DNA of 64,000 nucleotides, from assembly GCF_009914755.1 (NCBI RefSeq), contig NC_060936.1; one strand, written 5' to 3'. Shown here piece after piece: positions 1 through 13,568 of the stretch. A model generated the notes under the pieces. That model made no database searches, had not been told where the DNA came from, and was given only the letters and a program-made list of their open reading frames with translations. The translations under genes and the position numbers were made by a program. This DNA comes from the human T2T-CHM13v2.0 reference genome, Homo sapiens. Within the stretch, counting starts at the first letter, position 1. Each line of letters opens with the position of its first letter.

Positions 1-183
1 TTCTATCGCTTTCCTCTCTTTGCTGGTAGGAAACTAGCCAGTTATTTGTATTTAGCCACAATGAGCACACCTAGCACCAAGATCTTGACTTTCTTAACAC
101 TGCTCTTCAATTAAAAAAAGCCAAGGGTCCTTGGAGAAATGGCAAACTCTAGGACTGGTGAAGGAAACACAGAAGATGAGCCT

Positions 184-554
184 CACCATAAGATTAATGC
201 TTGAGGTCTCTTGAAATTCACACACTGAGTCCTTCACCCCCAAGGTGATGGTATTAGGATGTAGGGCCTTTGGGAGGTGACTAGATCATGAGGGTGGTGC
301 CCTCTTGAATAAGATTAGCAACCTTATAAAGGAGGCTGCAGACAGCTTTCTCTCCCCTTCCTCCATGTGAGGGCACAGCAAGAAAGAGGCCATCTGTGAA
401 TGGGGAAGCGAGCCCACACCATGCACCACATCTACCAGTGCCTTGGTCTCGGACTTTCAGCTTCCAGGAACTATGAGAAATAAGTATTTATCAGCCATGC
501 ATAAGCCATGCAGTTTATAATATTTGGTTATAGCAGCCTGAACAGAGTAAGACA
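184..554 (+). mobile_element. MaLR solo LTR (MLT1A0-like)
   Basis: ccccaaggtgatggtattagg...ttatagcagcctgaacagagtaagaca; 5-bp TSD agcct at 179-183 and 555-559. Confidence 0.85.
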
Positions 555-605
555 AGCCTTGAGCATTTTGTAGTTCCAGAAGCTGAGGAAGTGCTCACAC
601 ACATG

Positions 606-606
<1 letters not shown>

Positions 607-644
<38 letters not shown>
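607..644 (+). repeat. (CA)n microsatellite
   Basis: Direct inspection. Confidence 0.95.
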
Positions 645-647
<3 letters not shown>

Positions 648-831
648 GGCAGCATGTGGGAAGAACACAAGGGCCAACCGAACGTGTTCTCAATGTGCAA
701 GATTGGGAACATTTGAAAAAAAATAAATATATATTGGAGTATTAGCTACATTACAAAGTAATGCCCATGAGTTTATACTGATATAAATACATGATTGGAT
801 TAACCAATAAATGGGAAAAATAATTCTCCTT

Positions 832-1364
832 AGATCCCATTACTGGGTATATACCCAAAAGATTATACATCATTCTACTATAGAGACATGCACACGTATG
901 TTTATTGCAGCACTATTTACAATAGCAAAGACTTGGAACCAACCCAAATGCCCATCAATGATAGACTGGATAAAGAAAATGTGGCACACATACACCATGG
1001 AATACTATGCAGCCATAAAAAAGAATGAGTGCATGTCCTTTGCAGGGACATAGATGAAGCTAGAAGCCATCATTCTCAGCAAATTAACCCAGGAACAGAA
1101 AACATAACACCGCATGTTCTCACTCGTAAGTGGGAGTTGAACAATGAGGACACAGGGAGGAGAACATCACATACTGGGGCCTGTTGGAGGGTGGGGAGCA
1201 AGGGGAGGGAGAGCATTAGGACAAATACCTAATGCATGCTGGGCTTAAAACCTAGATGCCAGCTTGATAGGTGCAGCAAACCACCATAGTACCTGTATAC
1301 CTGTGTAACAAACCTACACGTTCTGCACGTATATCCCAGAACTAAAATAAAATAAAATAAAAAA
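832..1364 (+). mobile_element. L1PA 3' fragment (ORF2 end, 3' UTR, A-rich tail)
   Basis: ORF 811-1053 carries the L1 ORF2 C-terminal peptide [23 protein letters not shown]; (TAAAA)n tail. Confidence 0.9.
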
Positions 1365-2410
1365 GAACAGGAGAGAAATGAGTCATGCAGACACTGCATC
1401 CTCAAGGTGAAGCATAACTCTTTACTCCATGTGTGTGGTTTGCTGACAATGACTTGTTTTCCCATTGTAAAGTAGGGAAATTGAGAACAAAGGGTAACTT
1501 TACAGTGGAGAACTAAAGACTCTTTCAACCAGGTGGTCAAATCATCATCGACAGTCATCAGTCATAAGTCACACGGACCGCGTGAGAGTGTGCACCTTTG
1601 ACATGATGGGACGAGAATGGCACTCTACTTCGGGGATCTTCTTTCTCTGAAACCCATAACCATAAAAAGCCTCAGGGCTTTTCCCCGATTCAGGGACATT
1701 CTATAGTACCTGACCAGCATGCCTCAAAACTGGTCATCAAACTCAAGAAAAGCCTGAGAAACTGTCACACCAAAGAAGAGCCTAAGGAGACGGGGCCATT
1801 AGATGAAATGTGGCATTCTGGATGGAATCCTGGCAGGAAAAATGTCATTAGGTTTAAAAGAGGAGAAAAAAATGAATGGCCTGCCCATAGTTAATGATAC
1901 TGTATTGGTATTTGTTCATTATTTTGGATAAATGTATCACTTTAATTTAAAATGCTAATAAAGGGTCAAATTGAGTGTGGGGTTTGTACTATCTTCTCCA
2001 TTTGTGGTAAGGCTAAAATTGTTATAAAATTAAATGTTTATTTAAAGTAATATAATCATTTCCAGTCACTGGTTTTAGTCTCCTTTCTCCTTTTTACCTT
2101 GTAAGCTACACCAAATGCAGTATTCCCATGGTTGTGCAGGTCTCATACATCAATGCAGTAAATAGTCCCAAGTAGTCACCATGTCCTAGGTGTTGTCATA
2201 GCCACCAGGGTCTAGAAGTCCATCACAAGAGGCACTGCTGTGGGGAGTGCCACCTTCCCCTCCCCTGCCCAGACAGTTAGGAGCTCATTAGGGCAGAGTG
2301 GGCTTTGGAGATACTAACCACTACTTACCATTTATATTTACATATAAAACATAGATATTGGGACTTTTCAGGAAGATGAACTATTTCCTCTTCCTTCTGC
2401 TAAGTGCAAA

Positions 2411-2680
2411 TAAATCCCAGCACTTTGGGAGGTCAAGGCAGGAGGAGCATTTGAGCCCAGGAGTTTGACACCAACCTGAGCAACATGGCAAAACCCTATC
2501 TCTACCAAAAATACAAAAATGAGCAGGGCGATGTGGCATGTGCCTGGCATCCCAGCTACTTAGGAGGCTGAAGCAGGAGGATCGCTTGAACCTGAGAAGC
2601 AGAGGTTGCAGTCAGCTGAGATTGCACCACTGGACTCCAGCCTGGGCAACAGAGCGAGACCCTTAAAAAAAAAAAAAGAA
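2411..2680 (+). mobile_element. AluJ, slightly 5'-truncated
   Basis: Alu dimer with ttgagcccaggagtt diagnostic and poly(A). Confidence 0.9.
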
Positions 2681-2869
2681 AACTGAACATGACATAAAAC
2701 ACAAGCACCAGGAGGGTCTGAAAGGTGGAGAGAAACAGTAGAGGGGTTATGAAACTGCGAGCCCAGGGAATGCTGTGGGAGTGAGTTGTCTGTGTTGTAT
2801 TTTTGCCTCCTCTATTCCAGAAGCTGAAAAGCTATAAATGTCAAAGGGCACATAAAAAAACAGAGCCCC

Positions 2870-3323
<454 letters not shown>

Positions 3324-4429
3324 TCACCCATGCCTCAAAAACCCAACGGGCACCCTGATTTCCAACCTCAGAAGGTATAAAGAGGTATTCCAATGCCCTA
3401 ACCACCTCATAACCTGGGGTGGTGTCCAAGAATGCTTAGGAGGAAGCTGCCAGTGGAGATTATCTGGGGAGCATGGACTAAGTTATAGAAAGGGAGAACA
3501 GGAGAGTTCTCCCGGATTCAGAATAGAATCCCCAGGGATTAAGAAGAGAGTCAGCATAGCTATAAAAGGGTGACAGAGAGATTCTTGTGGGGATGGAAAT
3601 ATTTATCATGACTGCATTAATACCAATCCCACGGTTGTGACATCAATGCTGTAACTTTGCAAGTCATTACCACTGGGGAAAATTGCGTAAGGCACACATG
3701 AGATCCTTCTTATTATTTCCAACGAGTGTATGTGAACCTATAATTATATCAAATAAAGTTTAATTAAAATTATGTTAGTTACTTTGTAAACACTTTATGG
3801 TTACTAACACAATACCTGGGCCATGCATTTTATATTTTTATACTACAGGATTTTCCTGGGGCTCCAGAGTGACCTGGGAGCAGCTCAGCCGGAGCTGGCC
3901 CTGGAGCTAAGAGTCAAAGAAACAAAGCAGCATCGATCACCATGAATTAATTACCAAGGGCTGGGGAGATCACGTTTATCTCAGAAGGCGCAACAGAAAC
4001 AGGTGCAACCAGAGGACCAGAGGCCCTTCTTCCTGGACCTTGGAACTGATATGGCCTCGAAAAATGGCAGAGAAATCACTGAACTGCCTGAGACGAGATG
4101 ACCTAGAATCAGATGAAACCAAGTTCCTACCACTCAGCACAATGGGGATTTGAAGTAGAAATACATTCACTTAGGAAAGTAGAAACGTGCATTTCTGGCA
4201 CCTGATTGTGTGGCCTGAGATTCCTGTCTGCTACAGTGACATCGCTGGTGACATTATTAGTGCCCCACTTTGTCAGCAGCATGCAGTAGCTGGCCTAAGA
4301 TGTCCAGGTCACTAACAGTATTCTGATGGGTTCAGCCAGCACAAAGGTCAAACACCTCATACACAGCCCTGCCTGGGGAGCAGTATCTGGTTCATCCACC
4401 CTCCTATCATCGCGGTTAAGAACAGTTGA

Positions 4430-4865
4430 TTCATAGTCCAGGACCCTGGTAGGAAACAGACGACATACATGAGTTGGGAAAATCAGGGGAAAAATTAACA
4501 AATAAGACTATGTGCAAAGGAACGTGCAGGTCAACACCAAGGACTGGTTCTAGTAGGGCACTGTGCCCTTTTCTCAGCCTGCAGAGACAGGGGTTTGCAG
4601 AGGACATGGGAGCACAGAGACAGGGAGGGCTGTGCTTAGAAGGCCACCAGAAAGGAACTGGGGCTGCCAGTGAAGGATGCAGCCAGCCTGCAGCAAGAGC
4701 ATGGTGCAGGGAGCATGCCAGGGAAATCAATGCATTGACTTCATTCTTCTCCCTTTCTCTGATCTCCTGCTGGTGTGTGCCATTGTCAGATAGCCACATA
4801 AATTCCAGGGAAAGAAAGCCCTCTGATGTGCAGAACACAGAGCAGCAAGCGAAGGTGGATGGTAC
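4430..4865. mobile_element. ERVL LTR33-like remnant
   Basis: ggtaggaaacaga...ctgatctcctgctggtgtgtgccattg...cacagagcagc resembles LTR33 from recall. Confidence 0.5.
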
Positions 4866-4989
4866 TGCCTACTACAATTCATTCTCTCTTTTCTTCTTTA
4901 GGATAAAAAACTCGATCCTACGATTTCACTGTGTCCAACATCCTGTGCCCTGTTGTCAAGTATTGAATAACAGGAACTCAGCTATGTAG

Positions 4990-5290
4990 AAGTTCCGGAA
5001 AGGAGCAGATGCAGGTGAGAGGGTGTAATTCATTTGGTTTTCCTGCCTCCTACTCTTTCTTGCTGCTTAGAACATGGATGTGATAACTGGGGCACTAGCA
5101 GCTGTCTTGGGTCATGAAGTCACCTTGACTTTGAGTTATGTCAGCTGAACAGAAAAATAGAAGCAGTTTGGGTCCTTTGCATCGTTAAAGACACCCCACC
5201 AGCCTCAGACTGGCTGACTTCAAATTGCTTTATAGAGAGAGGTGATTTTTAACTTATTCAAGGCACTGACTCTAACCCTAACGAATGGGG
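4990..5290 (+). mobile_element. Old MaLR LTR fragment (MLT1K/L-like)
   Basis: gaacatggatgtgataactggggcactagcagctgtcttgg motif. Confidence 0.55.
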
Positions 5291-5774
5291 CTTCACATAT
5301 AAATTGCCTGTAAAGCTCTGGGCACACAACACCTCCCAGACTCTCCTCACACTCCCCGCCTTCACTCACCACGCTCTGTGTCTCAGCCACTCCTGCCGAT
5401 CCTTATGCCGGCAAATGCTGCACCATCTCTGTTCTCTACCATCCTTTTTGTCCAAGATTTTATTTTATTTTCCTTCTTCTAGTTCAGTGAAACACTTTTC
5501 TAATGTGGCAGCTATTAGGCAAAAGAACTCTCGTTAGCTTTGAAACTCCCTTGGTTTACCGTTTGGGGTGGAAAAAGCCCAACCCCCAAGATATGCAGTA
5601 AAAAGAGGCCAGAAAAACAGGGGAGTCTCAACTGTGTCTCATGCCAAGGGGATAAAAATTTGCAAATTGAGAATCACAGTTAGAAATGCATAAAAATAAA
5701 ATGGAGCTAAAAAGAAAGAGAACTAAGCAACGGGTGACAATGAAGGCTGATGGAAAATCTCCAGCGGGGTCACG

Positions 5775-6905
<1,131 letters not shown>

Positions 6906-8174
6906 TAAAGACATGATATTAAAGTCGAGGCGAGAAAGAAGAGCAGGAGTCGTGTGGGGAAGATATGGTCGTGTTCCTGGAAGGTGACTGGAGAAGAGCA
7001 AGGTGAACATTCTAGGGGAGATTTTTCCTGCTGTGAATAGAGCCATGTGCTAAAGGTGCCTTTTGATTTGTTTTTGTTTGTTTCATCCTGTTTTTAAAAA
7101 AAGATTAAATTCACATACAAATAATTTATGTCCTAGGCTCAGGAAATTAACAAGCAAAATTCTCACAGGGAAGGTTAATCCCACATTCACTCAGTGATGT
7201 GGGTGGTGGCTGAGACAGGACTTGGTGCCACGTGGGAGAGTCTCTGAAAGTCGTTAACAGACTTGGGTTCTGACTCTGTTATTTCTGGAACTCATCAAAG
7301 CACAGTAAAGCCAGAAAACTGAAGTGAAATTACCTTTTCTTTCCTCTGAAGATAATGTAATTGACATAAACCATCTGAACCCAGAAGCCAGCAAAGTGTT
7401 CTCTTTTTTAATAACTTCTCAGAAAGGCCCAGCAGCCAGGGCCTCTGCATGGCAATTATCCCAGGAACTGTGGGCTCCTGGACACGCTGTGCTCTCCTGG
7501 AGAGCATGTGGGTGTAGCCCAGGGAGGTGAGGGCAGAGTGGGCAGCCAGGAGGGGCCGCTGCCAGGCTTTTTCTGTCTTATTTCCATTTTGGTAAATGAT
7601 CTCACTTTTCTTCTTGAACAACCAATCTGTAACTGGAAGATGAACACGGGGAAAAACTGCATGTAGTGGCTTTAAGCACTGTAGACTAGAAAGACTTGCA
7701 AGGCCAGAGACTCAGGCACTTGGCATGGATTTTACATCCCCTGGGGAAGTGGCCTTGCTAAGGTCTGCGAGGCTGAAGCTTGTTAAGGCTTGCGAAGGTC
7801 TGTGACCATCATTACTGCTGGTTTGATCCCTTTGGATAACTGTATCCCTTCCAAGAGTTTTTGCAGAACACTCCGTAGATAAGATACCATTTAGACTCTT
7901 CCCTGAGCTCTGGGAACACATCAGAGAATCCTATGATTAAACATATGTAACCAGGGCCATTTTAACTGAGAGAGAGAAGGAGAGAGAAAGCATACTAGAA
8001 CAGGACTTTGAACCTCCATGCCCATTGGGCTGAGTTGATGTGGAGGGAGGAAAGAGATCATTCCTGCTGTCTTGGTTGGTTTGACTGCCACACCCCACAT
8101 CACGGCCTGTGATTCTTGTGCATAGTTAACCAACTGCTTTATATTCAGGGGCTTCGATGTAATCCACCTGCTAC

Positions 8175-8720
8175 TGAAACAGACCCAATAGTCCCATAGA
8201 ACTGATGTTTATGGTTTCCTTTGAATAAACATAGAAGTGGACCCTCCTAGTCTTGAAAGTTGAGAAAGTTACATTTTTCCTATCTGAGTTCCTTGCGGAG
8301 GAAACCAACCATCAGGCCTCCCAGAGAGTATCAAGGAACTGAAACTCACCACGTCTCAGCATCTGCATAATGAGACACCAGAGCCCTCGCCCACCGCGAC
8401 TGCCTAACCCACCACCTGCTTCCTGTGGATCAATTCCTTTTCCTTCCCCTTCCATCAGTCCTGTTTACCTGCATGTAGCTACATTTCTGCTATGTAAACC
8501 CCTAATAGGATTCAGTCAGGGAGATGGATTTCAGACTGATCTCCCATCTCCTTGGCTACAGCACCTGATTAAAGCCTTCCTCTATACTCTGGTTTCTCTT
8601 CAAATTGTATACATCTTCTGATTAAAGCCTTCTTCCTTGGCAATAACTGTCGTCTCAGTGATTGGCTTTCTGTGATGTGAGCAGCAGGACCCAGACCAAA
8701 CCCCTGGTGTTTTGGTAACA
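8175..8720 (+). mobile_element. Solo ERV LTR (LTR47-like)
   Basis: TG...CA termini (tgaaacagacccaatagtcccatag...tttggtaaca), attaaa signal, imperfect 4-bp TSD ctac/ctgc. Confidence 0.75.
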
Positions 8721-9047
8721 CTGCTTCTGCCCTGTCCCCCACTGGGTGGGGACCCCATGAAGTGTTTCATCTTTAGGAAAACAAACACAAAAACTTGACT
8801 TTTCTAGGAGTACCTGATTAGATCCAATGTTTGGCTTCTGTTCTAACTTCAGAATGCAACTCCCCTCTGGAGAGACAATTTCTGTCTCGATTCTGCCAGG
8901 CAGCTCCATGATGCCCTCAGTGATCACTACAAGTAAAGCTCGGGGTCCCCAGCACTTCTCTTCCTCCTCACCCTCCTACCTGCTTCATCCCCTGTCTCCT
9001 GTATCAGTGACCCGGGATGGATGAGGGGTGATCCACCTCAACCCCTC

Positions 9048-9791
9048 AGGCACCTTTAGCACGTGGCTCTATTCACGGCAGGAATAACCTCCCCTAGAAT
9101 GTTCACCTTGCTCTTCTCCAATCACCTTCTAGGAAAATGACCATTTCTTCCCCACATGGCCCCTTCCCTTCTTTCTTGCCTCAACTTTAATATCTTGTCT
9201 TTATTTTTTAATAGATTTTTTAAGCTTTATTGAGGTATAATTGACAAATCAAAACTGTTAAGTATTTAAGGAATGGAATGCGGTCTTTTGATAGATGGAT
9301 ACACTGTGAAACCATCACCACCATCAAGCTCATTCACATCACTTGGCAAAGTAGCCATTTCTATGTGTGTATAGTACTCACATTTAGGGTCTGCTCTCCT
9401 GGCAAATTTCACGTGTACTATATGTTATTGTCAACTACAGTCACCTTGCTGTATATTAGGTGTCCAGAACTGAGACACTGTAGTCTTTGACAAACGTTTT
9501 TCCACGTCTCACTCTCCACCTGCACCTGGAAACCACCATCCCACTCTCTCACTACCACAGAATCCAGCAATACACTACTGACTACTTATGCCCTTAAAAA
9601 ATAAAATCAGCCTCTCTCATGTCCATTGCAGCTTTATTCTCAATAACCAACATACAGATTCAATCTAAATGTCCACGAACAAGATGGACCAATAGAGTAT
9701 ATATATACATGTGTGTGTACACGTGCACGCAAATACATATACACACACACTATGTTATATGGCAATTTATGTGAAGGTCTATCAGTTAAAA
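9048..9791 (-). repeat. Inverted duplication, arm 2
   Basis: Mirror of 6294-7061, including the L1 inversion junction and non-L1 flanks. Confidence 0.9.
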
Positions 9792-10049
9792 CCACGTGCT
9801 AAATGTGCTCCCCTCGCTCCATCACACTAGAAGTCAGACGGGAACTTAGAAGCCCCCCCGTCCTCACTGCTCTGCCCCAGCCTCCATTCTACATGCTAAC
9901 TTTCTCAGTCCTTTCATGAGATCCACGCGTTTCCCACTCTCCCCAATTGTTTCCCTACCAGCTCTGAAATGGGAAACCTCTTTCTGCTCCAGTGGCTTCT
10001 GTCCTGGGCTGGTCTTTGCTTTCTTTACCTGAGGACTGGGATAGGCTCC

Positions 10050-10413
10050 TGCTATCCTCTGAACGTTTGTGTCTCCTCACGTTTCATCTGTTGAAATCCT
10101 AACCCCCAAGGAGATGGTATTAGGATGGAGGCCTTGGGGAGGTGATTAGGTCACGGGGGTGGAACTCTCATGAACGAGATGAGTGCCCTTAAAAGGGTCC
10201 AAAGCGATCTGAGTTTTCCCCTTCCTGCCAAGTGAGGAAACAGCACGGAGACAACCGGTGAATGAGGAAGCGAAGAGCCCTCACCGTGCACCGAGTCAGC
10301 TGGTGCCACCATCTTGGACTTCCAGCCTCCACAACTGTGAGAATGGATTTCTGCTGTGTATCAGCAGTCCGGTCTGTGGCCTTCTGTTACAGCCACACTC
10401 ATGGACCAACATG
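10050..10413 (+). mobile_element. MaLR solo LTR (MLT1A0-like) within degraded L2-like sequence
   Basis: tgctat...gttgaaatcctaacccccaagg; near-TSD gctcc/tctcc. Confidence 0.85.
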
Positions 10414-10648
10414 TCTCCTGCGCAATCCCTGCTTTCATTCTTTCAGCCTCTCCGAACTGCCCCAGGCACTGCTCCTGAACGCACCCATCTGCTCCCTACT
10501 CAAAACCTTCCAAGACTCCAGTCCTCTGCTGCCTGCAGAGGGAAAAGCAGAGCACCCAGCCCGCTCTCCTAAGTCCTCCATGCTTGGTTCTTCCCTGACT
10601 TTCCAGTCTTTTCTCTCCTCCCCTCTTGCAGCTCCCCAAAGTCCCCAC

Positions 10649-11418
10649 TGTGTCCGGAATTGGTTCCTGCTGGGTTCTTGCTCCGGCTGACTTCAGGAAG
10701 GAAGCCGGGACCCTCGCGGTGAGTGTTACAGTTCTTAAAGATGGTGTGTCCGGGATTTGTTCCTTCAGATGTGTCTGGAGTTTCTTCCCTCTGGTGAGTT
10801 CGTGGTCTCGCTGCTGACTTCAGGAGTGAAGCTGCAGACCTTCGCAGTGAACGTTACAGCTCTTAAAGGTGGTCCGAAGTTGTTCATTCCTCCCGGTGGG
10901 TTAGCGGTCTCACTGACTTCAAGAGTAAAACCGGAGACCTTAGAAGTGAGTGTTACAGCTCTTAAACGTGGCGCGTCGGGAGTTGTTTGTTCTTCCAAGG
11001 GGTCTGGTGGTCTCGCTGGCTTCAGGAGTGAAACTGCAGACCTTCAGAGTGAGTGCTCATAATAGTGTGGACCCAAAAAGCGACCAACAGCAAGATTTAT
11101 TGAAAACAGCAAAACAACAAAGCTCCCAAAGGGTGGAAAATGACCCAAATGGGTTGGCGTTGCTGGCTAGCGTTGGCCTGCTTTTATTCCCTTATTTGGC
11201 CCCACCCACATCCTGCTGATTGGCCCATTTTACAGACAGCTGATTGGTCCGTTTTACAGAGTGCTGATTGGTCTGTTTTTACAGAGTGCTGATTGGTGCA
11301 TTTATAAACCTTTAGCTAGACACAGGGCGCTGATTGGTGCATTTACAATCCTTTAGCTGGACAGAAAAGTTCTCCAAGTTCCCACGGGAGGCAGAAGCCC
11401 AGCTGGCTTCACTTCTCA
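10649..11418 (-). mobile_element. ERV9 solo LTR (LTR12, short form)
   Basis: Minus strand runs tgagaagtgaagccagctggg to aattccggacaca; tandem gtgagtgttacagctcttaaa repeats; 4-bp TSD ccac/ccag. Confidence 0.92.
11183..11337 (-). promoter_or_regulatory. LTR12 U3 promoter: five CCAAT (NF-Y) boxes and an AATAAA TATA-equivalent
   Basis: attgg at 11219, 11243, 11267, 11292 and 11333; tttatt at 11183-11188; matches known LTR12 promoter layout, activity not shown. Confidence 0.65.
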
Positions 11419-13099
11419 CCAGCAGGTCTCCATCTCTGAGCCATTCCTTCTGTGCACTTGACCTCCATGAACTATCTCCCACACATTGCCCAGGTCCACC
11501 AGCCACACCTCCATGCTGAACAAAGGCCTGTTTGTTGGATGAATAAATGAATGTGTAGCTAGAGCAACATTTGCCTCTCAGTCACTGAGGCTGGCGGTTC
11601 TGGCATGGGCTGATAGTTTTGTCTGTTGTATTGGTTTCTTGTGTTCACTTTTGTTTTGGTCCATAAGGTGATTTTAAAAATTGAATGTGTTGCTGGCAAT
11701 TGTGAGCTTTCATCAGGCATCATGCAACTTGTTGGTTGGAGCTGAGTCTAAGTTCCTTCTAAGTTCTTTCTTAACTCTGCTGCTTTTGGGTAGCCGTGTG
11801 CTCGGTTCTATGTCCCTTGCACCACTTGGTTCATGGTAGTGCTCAGTCAAGTTGTTATATTGCTTTTGTGGGATCCAAGCTTTCTTTGTTTGTGCTAGAC
11901 ACTCCCTGAAACAACCAAGACATCCTGTGTGAGCCAATCAAACACGCCTGCAGTGCAATCTGACCTTAGGGCATTCATTTTGCAACCTGAGCAGGGCTCT
12001 CCTGAAGAGATGGCTGCAAGGAAAGGAAGCTTTGATGAGTCTTTTCCTTCTTTAAAGTCTTTCTTTCGAAGCCAATGTCTCACTCGACTGTTTTCACCAA
12101 GGTACCCGAGGGCTCGATAGCAATACTACGTAGGATTTGAAACAGCTGGACTTGAACGACGTTAAGATTACTCTGTTGGATTTTACCTCCTCCTGCTCTG
12201 TGGCCAGAACCTTCAATAATTCAACTGGTTGATATTTTTCTTTAAGTGAAGCAGAGGACGTCTAGGACTTTCCACACCAGAGAATTAAGGACAAACCTGA
12301 TATTGACTATCCCTGCTCCAGAAAAGTACAATAAATGACTCAAGGGCTCGCCAGAGAGCATAGACTTGAGACTAACCAGATGCCTGGGATGTTCAGCACA
12401 GACTTTCCTAAAAGCAGCAAGATCCCGAGGTCTGGCTGTGGTGGGAAGAGCCCACTTGTGGGTACCACCTCAAATATTAGACAGGAAGAAGACTGGGCCA
12501 GGTGGTGGGAGCCCCGCTGCCCTGAATGCATTTGGGGTCTTGATGACAATCTCAGCACTCAGAGGAAGACCTCTCCTCTGCCGGAAGGCAGAGGGTAGAG
12601 TCTAGGATGTCCAGACTGTGCATAGAACTAAGCACCCCCTTATATTCAGGGGCTTGGATGTAAACCACCTGCTTGGATGGAATTTAGTTCTCTTCTGAAA
12701 ATAAAATGTGGCTCATCCCAGCTTGATTATCAAAAAACCTGAAAACATAGATTAGCCAGAGAAAAAAAGTAAAGCGCTCATCCTCCCTGGGATAACCACT
12801 TAACTTTTAGCACTTAAGTATGCCTACTGCAAACCTTATTTGTACAAGCATACATATATATGTGTGTGACTATACATATGCATTATATGTACAAGTACAC
12901 ACACACATTAGACATGTAGGTAGGCAACAGATATTTAAACAAATACACGTTTACTCTTAAAGGGATACTGTAAACATCTATGGTAGATGATCTTTTCCTT
13001 CTCAATTATTCACTCTCTCTTAGCAATAGAAATAGAAATCCACCCCCCATTGCATATGACTTCGGAGTACCTTCCACTCAAGTCCTGACCCTCTGATTT

Positions 13100-13410
13100 G
13101 GATCTTTGTCGCGAGATATGTTTCATACATGCGATGTTAGCCATGATACCATGAACAGAGCTCTAAATGTACTTTGTGTGTGTGACTAGCCTTTGTGTCC
13201 CTCTGCCAGCCACCGTGAGGAGAGCATGCCTCGATACCTGCTGGTCCGAGGGGGAGAAGAAACAGGAGGTGTGTGCAGCAGATCTGACCTCTCTCAGCCA
13301 CCGCTGACACCGGCCCTCCACCAAAAACTACATGCTTGCGGTGGGAAGTCACTGGGATCTGGAGATTGCTTCGTATGCAGCATTATTGTAGCAATAGCTG
13401 CCTAATATAG
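13100..13410 (+). mobile_element. MaLR LTR fragment (MLT1H/I-like)
   Basis: 3' end gcagcattattgtagcaatagctgcctaatata. Confidence 0.55.
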
Positions 13411-13494
13411 CCTATGCCATGTCAATTACAACACTTAAAGTATTCTTAAAGCTGTGGATTATTGCACGCGTGCATTCACTCAGGCAATACTAAC

Positions 13495-13568
13495 ACATTT
13501 CTATAAAGAGTGTTAAGTGTTTAGCACAGTGCCAGCCATTGTAAGTGCTCAATTATTGTAGCTATTGC
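13495..13568 (+). mobile_element. MIR fragment
   Basis: gtgtttagcacagtgcc...gtaagtgctcaattattgtagctatt MIR 3' core. Confidence 0.65.

Larger units (their letters stand above)
1..2045 (+). mobile_element. Old L1 (L1MC/L1MD-type) 3' UTR, split by MLT1A, (CA)n and L1PA insertions
   Basis: Diverged matches to the L1MC/MD 3' end (gagcacacctagcacc, gtaactttacagtggagaa, terminal aaaattgttataaaattaaatgtt); the sequence resumes after each insert. Confidence 0.65.

Noticed and set aside
4474-4989. 171-aa ORF
   Set aside because: Lies over an LTR33-like remnant, starts at a non-ATG codon and has no recognisable domain
10700-11060. Regularly spaced gtgagtgttacagctcttaaa repeats, superficially CRISPR-like, with overlapping ORFs
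   Set aside because: These are the internal tandem repeats of LTR12; the spacers are homologous to each other and the context is eukaryotic with no cas genes
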